Below, in pieces: positions 55,149 to 64,000 of a DNA stretch of 64,000 nt. The position numbers and the translations under genes are program-made. The notes under the pieces were generated by a model. The model did no database searches. It saw only the letters and a program-made list of their open reading frames with translations, and had not been told where the DNA came from. Source of the stretch: Octopus vulgaris (lineage: Eukaryota); assembly GCA_951406725.2 (NCBI GenBank), contig OX597815.1, forward strand, positions 76,322,001-76,386,000, read 5' to 3'. Positions within the stretch are counted from its first letter, which is position 1; each line of letters starts with the position of its first letter.

Positions 55149-55857
55149 TCATAAAGTAAATTTGGAGGAACTGTGGTTGTTCATTTGTGGTTGACAGGGA
55201 ACCAATGAAGTGATAGACTTGCCCTTGAACTCTGAAGTCGGTGTAAATTCAGGTTTAACTATCTTCCTAGACGCAGTGAATGACGTCATTTGAAATGCAG
55301 AGTTGTATTGTCTGATATTGTTCAGGAAATCCTTTGACTCGATGGGAGTGCCTTGTAGAAGATCGATAAGAGGTTGAGGAGGAGATGGTAGTGCTGGAAA
55401 TCTTACTTGACCACCTGAGCAGCACATGCCATTTGTTTCATTTGAAAATTTTAAAGCTCTACAGAAACGACAATTTGTGTTCAGCATACCAATTTGGACA
55501 GAGTTATCATTTTTATAATAATGGGATGGATCATATCTGAAAGCAGCTCCAGGAGTTGTGAAGAATGAATATGTACATAGTCTGTTTCTGAGAGCTCTTC
55601 TACTAGACTGCTGTCTAATCATTAAAACATTGATTTAACGATCCAGCATTAAGTGCTGCAGCATGCATTTGCTGATCTTGGGAAAGTGTCATCTCCCTTC
55701 TCTCCTGAGACTCTGTCTGACGTGCTGTAGCTTGCCTTTGTTGATCTTGAGAAAATCTCATCTCAATTCTCTCTTCAGACTCTTGCCTTTGGTTTTCTAC
55801 AATCCCCCTTGCTTTATACTTGTTTCTGGAGAGATTACGTCCTTTCTTTGGTGGCAT
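55149..55857 (-). pseudogene. Helitron Rep/helicase N-terminal region, frameshifted and truncated
   Basis: CRFCRALKFSNETNGMCCSGGQV, FLNNIRQYNSAFQMTSF; Helitron-like 5' terminal sequence upstream at about 57690-57860. Confidence 0.85.
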
Positions 55858-56056
55858 ATTTTTTCAATCTTGTAAACAAAGAATCATGAACATAGAAAAA
55901 AATTATACATTAATCTCTATTTTTTTAAGCAGTTGTATGTATGTAGTATGTTTTCATTTTTGTATGCAATGTAAATTAACCAAAGAGAAGCACATGTATG
56001 AACTGCTAATTTAACGATAAATGCCACAATAATTATTATAGATAAATTTCTTAATA

Positions 56057-56100
<44 letters not shown>

Positions 56101-56348
56101 AAATATAGATAAAAATAAAAAATAAATAATTAAATAAAATAATAATAAAAATATATGTATATTTATAATTTATAAGTTTAAATTATTAATTTAAATAATT
56201 TAAAAAAATTTTAACTTTAATTGAAATATTTTAATTGGATTTTTTATATTCTATATTTTTTATATATTTTTTAATTAATTTTATTTCTATGTATTGGCTT
56301 ATGATTTTCACTGTTGATTTGCCTAATAGTGGTTTTATCTCTAATTTA

Positions 56349-56398
<50 letters not shown>

Positions 56399-57114
56399 GC
56401 ACATGTATTAAATGCTAATTTAAGGGTAAATATGTGACTGTAAATACTTTGCAACCTGTTGTGATAATGATTAACTGGTAAATGTGAATGGTAAATGTGT
56501 ATTTTTATATACCTTGGATCAGCCACCTCATTGCTTTTTGTCAAAGGTTTTGCTTCCAGCTGTTCGTTATGTCAGTCAACACATACATTGACACACCATT
56601 CTGCAGTGGTGGCCATAAAGATGGAAAGTTGCCAATGCATAATGTTGTTCACATTAGGATGTAAATTATTCATTTATTTCAAATATAATAGAAATAAGAT
56701 GATCTTAATGTTATCACATTAAAATTAAATGTGAAAGAATGAAAGCGAAACAATATTAGCCTTATCACATTATAGATGATAAGCAGCTTTCTTTATTATA
56801 GTACAAATGTGGCTAATTTGGTGAAACATTACTTTCATTACTGAAACATCGTCACTCTCATAATGCAGCACTTTGTAATTTTGGTTGAAATTGAAATTGT
56901 GAAACTATTTTCACTTTCTAATGAAACCTGGTCTTTGTAGAGCAGTGTCTTTCAAATAACTATAGCTGCTTGTTGAGATAATGTAAAATATATGTAAATG
57001 AAAATATAGTTTATTTGGTGGCCAAAAAATTACTGAATATTTTGATACCCCATATGTGAAAATAGGCAACCCAATTTTCAAATGCATAAAGAACATACGT
57101 GTGTACACATGCAT

Positions 57115-57149
<35 letters not shown>

Positions 57150-57301
57150 AACTCTCTCTCTCTCTCTCACTTTTAGAACATACATAAGGTATGAAACATC
57201 AGCATTTCGCTGTCACCCGCTATCCCTGTATTTCATCTTCTATAGAAACTTGTTTTCTGTTGCCATATGAAATGGACGTGTGTGTGTGTGCTTGCGCGCA
57301 C

Positions 57302-57333
<32 letters not shown>

Positions 57334-57861
57334 TAGAGTGAGTGAGTGAAGGTGTGTGCTGTGATGATTGATGTCTTTGAAGATATGCACACATACACAA
57401 AATGTGACATCATCGTCGTTGTCGTATAAAGTGTTTACAATGGTTGATTTATGGAAAAGATTATAATGTTAAATTTTTGAAATGCAAGTATGTGAATGAA
57501 AATTAAGTTTAATTTGTAGCCGAAATAGTACTGAATCTTTTGATACCCCATATGTCAAAATCAGTAACTCGGTTTTGGAATGCATAAGGAATATATGTAT
57601 AGGAGAGACTTCTTTCAAACTGAATGCATTATCTCACATTACAATAGAGACATAATACTGAAATAGTGTAAGAAATAAGAGATTGCTCTGGGCTTGCATT
57701 AAGCTGAAAGTTTTTTTGGCCCTTGACACTGCATGGACCCTAAGTATGGCATGTGTAAAATTTGAAAGAAATTGGTTGTGTAGTTCTTGAGTTTTAGGGA
57801 TTCACACAGACAGAGACACACACACAGACAGACACACATTCTCATCTTTATATGTATATAA

Positions 57862-58118
57862 ATAAATAAATGTGCCCTTTTAAAGCCTAACCAGGCTCAT
57901 GGGCCCGGTTTCCTGGTTTCAATGGTGTATGTGTTCCCCAGCTGGACAGGATGCCAGTCCATTGCAACGTTACTCATTTTTGCCAGCTGAGTGGACTGGA
58001 GCAACGTGAAATGAAGTGTTTTGCTCAAGAACACAACGCGTTGCCCGGTCCAGGAATTGAAACCATGATCTTATGATCATGATGCTGACACCCTAACCAC
58101 TAAGCCATGCGCCTCCAC
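57862..58118 (-). mobile_element. Full-length tRNA-derived SINE with 16-bp TSD
   Basis: A box tggcttagtgg, B box ggtttcaattcc, (TTTA)n tail; TSD ctttatatgtatataa at 57846-57861 and 58119-58134. Confidence 0.9.
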
Positions 58119-60613
58119 CTTTATATGTATATAATTAAAATACCATATTTCAGTTTCAATTAATTTTCAAAATAATGATTGATGCAGTAAAATAACCTTG
58201 TCATTATTAACCTGGTGTTCTGACTAGTTATATTCTGTCTAAATCCTACTGAATTTGACTTTGCCTTTCATCCTTTTGGGGTTTGATAAAATAAATACTC
58301 CACTGGAGTTGATGTAACTGACTTAGCACCTACCCTAAAATTGCTGGCCTTGTGCCAAAATTTGAAACTGTTGTTAACTTGGTGTTTGGAACCCAAATTA
58401 ACATGAACTTTTGTTGGAAAACTTTAATGTTGATTACTTGAAAACAGGAAGTTTGTGTCATAGAACCAGAGGCAGTCTCAGGCAGGTTGGCATCAAAAAC
58501 ATTAATGAATAGAAGGAAGAATATAGGAGGTATTAACAATATGTTTCTTTTGAATCCATGTTGCATGGAAAAATAGTCTTGAAAAAAGTGAATGAATGAA
58601 TGAAATGAATAAAATGTTATTTGAGGAAGATTTTGTTATCATTTCTAGGTCATAGCAGTTCCCCCTCATTGATTCCTTATTATTGATTTGTGTAATAAGA
58701 GGTTACAGTGTTTTTCATATATTGCTAATTACTTTGTATAATGATTATTTGTGTATTTTGTGGCTTATTTGCTAATTACTAGTTACTAATTACTTTGTTT
58801 AGTGTTTTATTGTTTGTTTTGTTTTTTGTTGGATACAAATGAAAATGTTTGCTAATTTTTATACTTTTCTTTAGTTCATTTCCCTTATTTCCTTCTTTAA
58901 TTTCTTGATGATGAGTTTTATTTCTGTTGTTGCTGTCACTGTTGTTGTTGTTGTCATTGTGGTTGTTCAACCCTAGGTAAGCTCCAAATAAGTAAACCTT
59001 TGATCAAAAGCATTTCAGCCTGATCCTCCAACCTTTAATTCAGTCAGTTTAACTAGAGCTATTAACCTTTTAATCTTTTACTGGTTTCAATCATTAGACT
59101 ATGGCCATGCTGGAGTACCACTTTGGAGAAGTTTTGTTGAATGAATCGATCGCAATACTTATTTTCTCTTAAATCTCATACTTATTGTATTGGCCTCTTT
59201 GCTGAACTGCTTAGTTACGGGGATGTAAACACACCAACACCAGTTGTCAATTGTCAAGCTGTGATGGGGATCTGCACACACACACACACACACGTAAACA
59301 CACACTCACACATACATGCGTACACACATGCTCGCCCACACGTACACACGTGTGCACACACACACACACTCACACTTATATATATATGACTAGCTGCTTT
59401 CAGTTTCTACCTACCAAATGCACTCACAAGGCTTTGGTTGGCCTGAGGCTTTAGTAGAAGACACTTGCCCAAGGTGTCATGCAGTGGGACTGAACCTGGA
59501 ATCATATTAAATAATTTTCCTTTTTTAAATGTTAGGGTCTCATTTGATGGTTGATTGTTACTATTCTATCAGATTAAATGACCATGTTAGGTGGCAAGTA
59601 GGCAGCATTTTGTCTGACTCTTTATGATCTAAGTTCAAATCTCACCTTAGTCAACTTTGTGGAGATGTGTGGCTTAGTGATTAGGGTGTCTGCATCATGA
59701 TTGTAAGATTGTGGTTTCGATTCCTGGACCAGGTGACACATTGTGTTCTTGAGCAAAACACTTCATTTCACTTTGTTCCAATCTTCTCAGCTGGCAAAAA
59801 AAGTAATTCTGCAATGGACCGGTCTCCCATCCGGGTAGGGAATTTATATGCTATGGAAATTTTTATATGCCATGGAAACTTGGAAACTGGCCCATTTTTT
59901 TTTACCTCAATCAACTTTGCTTTTCATCCCTTCAGGGTCAATAAAATAAAGTACCAGTGAGGTACTGGGGTCAATGTATTTAACTTGACCCTGCTTCCTA
60001 AAATTGCTAGCTTTGAACCCTGCAATAGAACAGCAACCCCATCAAGGGAATATTGTGATCTTGGTCATTTAAATACCATAGAAACCAGGTAACTAGTCTT
60101 ATGAGTCTGATGGCTCAAGAAAAAAAATATGACCATGTAAAGGTTCCTTAATGTATCCATAGTTTTAATCAAGATGGCTGTTTCTGTTGTGTAATTCATG
60201 TTCATTTGGCTGTTCTTTCATTCGATTTTACATCCAATTTTTTTTCTCAATCTGGCATGGATTAGATCAGTGGTTCTCAACCAGGATTCATATGGCCCTT
60301 GGGGTTCCATATAAAATTTTATTGTTAAAATTTATGTACAATAAGTTGCTTATACTTCTATAATACACAAAATATTAAACAAATTTTTTTTGCACAATTC
60401 CTAATAATATTTAATTACAAAAAAAAAAAGATGATTTTTTTAATGCATCAAATATAAAGAAACATAGATATACTGATGTGCATTTATATACACACATATA
60501 AACATACATACATACATACATACATACATACATACATACATACATACATGCATGCATACATAGATACATATATACATATATATATATACATACATGCATA
60601 TATATATATATAT

Positions 60614-60664
<51 letters not shown>

Positions 60665-60697
60665 CACATTATCATATGTATATATATATATGTGTAT

Positions 60698-60873
60698 GTC
60701 CTCTGTCTTCCCTTCTCTGGATCTTTCCTTTTCCTGTGTTTCTGACGAAGAGCTCCACTCAAAATGTAAAGCCCTCCTTCTTCACTTCCTTCCTGAGCAT
60801 TCAATAATACTATATTTGTTCCACATCCTTGCGTTGTTGTGTTTTCTCTTTGTGTTTTCATGTTTGGATTAAC
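60698..60873 (+). mobile_element. Penelope pseudo-LTR-like element in (TA)n, with decayed hammerhead
   Basis: gtttCTGACGAagagctccactcAAAAtgtaaagc; homologue of 31521-31730. Confidence 0.7.
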
Positions 60874-61363
60874 TATATATATATATATATTTGTAAAAAA
60901 TGAAGTTCGAAAATGCTGCTATATTATACAATTTTTAATTTTTATATATACATTATAACATGTTTCAGTTCCTGAAATAAACCTTATCAAAAAAAAGTTA
61001 TATATAAAAAAAGACAGCTCATGCCGTCAAACACAAGAAATTCATTTATAATACACAACGGAGTCAGACATCTTAGAGTTCATGTATAGTTGATATATAG
61101 TTTGAAGTAAGTTCATTCATGCTATATGTTCAAAGTGTTCGATGCAGTGGCCCACGGTGGCGATACGTATTCAATACAAAAAACAGATCAAAGTGGTGGA
61201 AAGCAGTCAATACAGAAGATTGATGTTTCCGAAAGAGCGAGGAATTCATTTTTACCTTAAGCAATTGTGATGACCCATGGTGGGTGTTTGCTGGGTGGTT
61301 CTAGTGAGTTTTGTGAAGTGCTCGGTTTTATAATGCCTGTTAGGTGGTCAATCCAGCGTAGCG

Positions 61364-61696
61364 TGACGTCATCAACGTTTTGACCAATCGTTTCGTTAGG
61401 TGGCTTTAGTCAAGCAGAACGGGACGTCATCATCATTTTGACCAATCGCTGTATTATAACTGCCTCTTGTTTGTTTCCTGTTTTGAACAGTCGCTTCGTT
61501 AGTCAAGCAGAACGGGACATCATCCAGATTCTGCCCAATCACAACTTATAGCTACATTAGATCTGCCCCCTGTCTGTACTTGTTAGGTGACTAGTCAAGC
61601 AGAAAAGGACGTCATCAATATTCTGACTAATGACTGTCCCCTGTTTGTATCCTGTCCATTCTAGCAGAGCTAGACGTCATCAACTTGTTGACCAAT
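61364..61696. promoter_or_regulatory. Array of five CRE-like + CCAAT modules in the PLE 3' region
   Basis: GAC(G/A)TCA at 61365, 61423, 61516, 61608, 61673, each followed 19 nt later by C(C/T)AAT. Confidence 0.6.
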
Positions 61697-61865
61697 CAGA
61701 ATCGGGTCTGACCCTTAGCTGTATCGTATGTATCAGGGTCAGATTTGCACGAAAGAATTTTTTTCCTTTTTTACTAAGGCATATTTCCGTCAGAGCGAGT
61801 GTCTGTTTAAGGTAGCGGCCGTGGTGGAATTTTGCTTCTCCTTTTCAGAGGACTTATCTTTTGTT

Positions 61866-63317
61866 TTAGTATTCCTGGCCCAGGGTGTTTAAACTTGGTC
61901 TAAATTTTTTTATGAAATATAGTTCTTTATTTTGGCGTTGTGTGAAGGTTGCGTTGTCACTGAATTTATAGAGCGGGTTAGTTGTAAATTTCGGATTTAC
62001 ATTTCCAGCACATCTATCTATGTGTCCGCTGACCGGTATTTTGCGGTAATCAGGGTTTCTAATTTGTGATTTATGCACCGCCATCCTGTTATGTAAGCTA
62101 TTTTTTGTATGGCCTATATACTGCCTATTGCAGCCTGCGCATGTTATGATGTAAATTAAGTTTTCTGATGCGCAGGTGAAGTTTGTTCTAATGGTGAACT
62201 GGTGGCCTTGTTCCAGTATAAATTCTGATCCTTCTTTCAAGATGACACAGATTCCACAGTTGGGCCTTCCACATTTTCTAACTGCTGGTTTTGTGGTTGA
62301 TGTTGAGTGCAGTGTAGCTTGGGTTAAAATCCTTTTCAAGGATTTTGGTTGCCGTTTACTTTTAATGATGGTGTGTGTTTCGAGGATCCGGTTCATCTTT
62401 GGGTCTCCCTTTAGTAGGGCTGTGCTTTGTAGTATGGTGTTGAAGGCCTCATTGTTGAGTGGGTTGTGTGTAGAGATGTAGGGAAGGGTTTTTAATTGTT
62501 CTTTCTTTTTTGGTTTTGTTTGTCTCAGGTCTTCTATACTTAATTTAAGTACCCATTGGATTGCACTGTCTATTAGGGGCTGTGGATAGTTTCTATTTGT
62601 GAGTGTGGTTCTAAGTTCCTGGAGACGTGTGTGTTGGGTGTTTGTGTCTGATATTATGGTGCAAATCCTTCTAGTTAAACAAAAAGGGACATTCATTCTA
62701 GTGTGTCGTGGGTGGCATGAATCAAAGGGTAGGTACTGTTTAGAGTCTGTCGGTTTATAGTAGATATCTGTCTCTATTTTGTTGCCGGTTTTCTTAATGA
62801 GGATGTCTAAAAATGGTAATTCTTTTTCGTTGTGGTCCATCGTGAATTGTATATTGTCATTTATTCCATTTAATAGTATTTTAAATTCCTCAAGTTTCTC
62901 TATACCTTTGTCCCAGATGATGAAACAGTCATCGAGGTATCTTTTCCAGTTGTTATGGATATAGGTGGCGAAGGTGTTTCCATATTTCTCGAGTGTTATC
63001 CGGTATAGTATTTTCTCGAGGTATCCCATCACTAGGTTGGCAAAAGATGGTGCAGTACGCGTGCCCATCGCTGTTCCCGATCTTTGCCTGTAGAAATCAT
63101 TGTCAAAAATAAAATAATTGTTCTCTAAAATGAATCTAAGTCCTTCTATTATAAGGTCTTTGTTTATGCGTGTTGGGAGTTCAAAGGGGTAGTTATTCAG
63201 CCAGAAGGTGATCGCTTCTATTCCTAGGTTGTGAGGGATGTTAGAATAAAGATTAACTACGTCGAATGATACTAGAAGGGTTTTCTCATTGACTGTTTTA
63301 GGGAGGTGGTTGAGCAT
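61866..63317 (-). CDS. Penelope-like retroelement RT + GIY-YIG endonuclease (Neptune-like Cys linker); open 3' part of a frameshifted ORF
   Basis: SFDVVNLYSNIP, GTAMGTRTAPSFANLVM, RYLDDCF, LPFLDI, YYKPTD, CGRPNCGIC, LIYIITC...YIGHTK...R...H. Confidence 0.95.
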   Translation of the reverse strand: MLNHLPKTVNEKTLLVSFDVVNLYSNIPHNLGIEAITFWLNNYPFELPTRINKDLIIEGLRFILENNYFIFDNDFYRQRSGTAMGTRTAPSFANLVMGYLEKILYRITLEKYGNTFATYIHNNWKRYLDDCFIIWDKGIEKLEEFKILLNGINDNIQFTMDHNEKELPFLDILIKKTGNKIETDIYYKPTDSKQYLPFDSCHPRHTRMNVPFCLTRRICTIISDTNTQHTRLQELRTTLTNRNYPQPLIDSAIQWVLKLSIEDLRQTKPKKKEQLKTLPYISTHNPLNNEAFNTILQSTALLKGDPKMNRILETHTIIKSKRQPKSLKRILTQATLHSTSTTKPAVRKCGRPNCGICVILKEGSEFILEQGHQFTIRTNFTCASENLIYIITCAGCNRQYIGHTKNSLHNRMAVHKSQIRNPDYRKIPVSGHIDRCAGNVNPKFTTNPLYKFSDNATFTQRQNKELYFIKKFRPSLNTLGQEY

Positions 63318-64000
63318 ATCTATATCGTCTCTTACGTAGCTTTTGATGTGTTTTAGGAAAGGTTTAAGAAGTGTGTCTTAAGAAATTGCTGAGGCGGTGA
63401 GTTTCACATGCTGGCCCTGCTATTATCGGTCTTAGTTTAAGATCATTTGGTGAAGGGATTTTGATGAGTGTCGGTGGATGTTTTGCACGTTTCTCTAATG
63501 GTTTGGCTTTTGTGTACCTTAGGGATACCATAGAACAAACTCGATTTGCATTTGAAGTTAGTGATGTATTCATACTCCTTGTTCGTGAGTCCTTCTTGGT
63601 ATGTGTTGATTAATGTCCTAAGGTTATGCATTATTTTTTGCTGGTTATACTGTTGGGCCCTTTCATAATACGTTTCATCTCTTAATAGGGATAGCACTAA
63701 ATTTTTATAATCGTTTGTATTCATTATTACTATCGCGTTGCCCTTATCTGCCTCCTTAATTGTTATTGTTTTGTCTTCTCTTAGTTTGATGAGGTTGTTC
63801 CATTCTCTTTTGTTGAAGTTAGGGCTGTGTTTTTGTTTCTTGATGAATTGAAACGGGAAATTAGTTATGTAGTCACAATAGCGGTCTAAGGCTTTATTCT
63901 TTCCCTTGGTGGGGGTGTAATTGCTCTTGTTTCTAGCTATTGAGTCCTCCTCTATTTGTTTGTCTTGAAATGCCTCGGTGAGTCTTAGTTTTCTGCAAAA
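63318..64000 (-). pseudogene. Upstream part of the same PLE ORF, two frameshifts, runs off the window
   Basis: KEADKGNAIVIM, FYGIPKVHK, LRPIIAGPACETHRLSNFL, KPFLKHIKSYVRD spread over three frames. Confidence 0.88.

Noticed and set aside
57862-58118. tRNA gene
   Set aside because: A/B boxes belong to a SINE head with body, tail and TSD; no full cloverleaf verified
61866-63317. Selenocysteine-recoding PLE
   Set aside because: No in-frame TGA in this ORF; the linker cysteines are encoded normally

Overview
AT-rich eukaryotic, mostly non-genic DNA packed with microsatellites ((TA)n, (CA)n, (CATA)n, (GAT)n, (TAA)n, (GA)n) and transposable elements. The SINE families and repeat landscape look like an octopus/cephalopod genome (inference from pattern recognition, not verified). 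Almost all ORF-track entries are microsatellite artefacts. Recognisable elements: a near-intact Penelope-like retroelement (RT + GIY-YIG, minus strand, running off the right end) and a second PLE fragment; a decayed Ty3/Gypsy element with 5' LTR and PBS; three R4/Dong-like RLE-LINE fragments; RTE and APE-type LINE fragments; Tc1 and mariner/maT transposons; Helitrons (one nested precisely in the Tc1); Merlin-, hAT- and Tigger-like MITEs; and many tRNA-derived SINEs. The most striking signal is a set of short elements embedded in (TA)n tracts that carry hammerhead-ribozyme cores and/or long inverted repeats. These include a perfect 132-bp palindrome (47790-47921) with a type I hammerhead fold on each strand. 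The 3' region of the Penelope element also holds five GACGTCA-N12-CCAAT modules with invariant spacing. Only two weak candidate host exons were seen. Coordinates were read by eye; element boundaries without TSD/TIR support are approximate.
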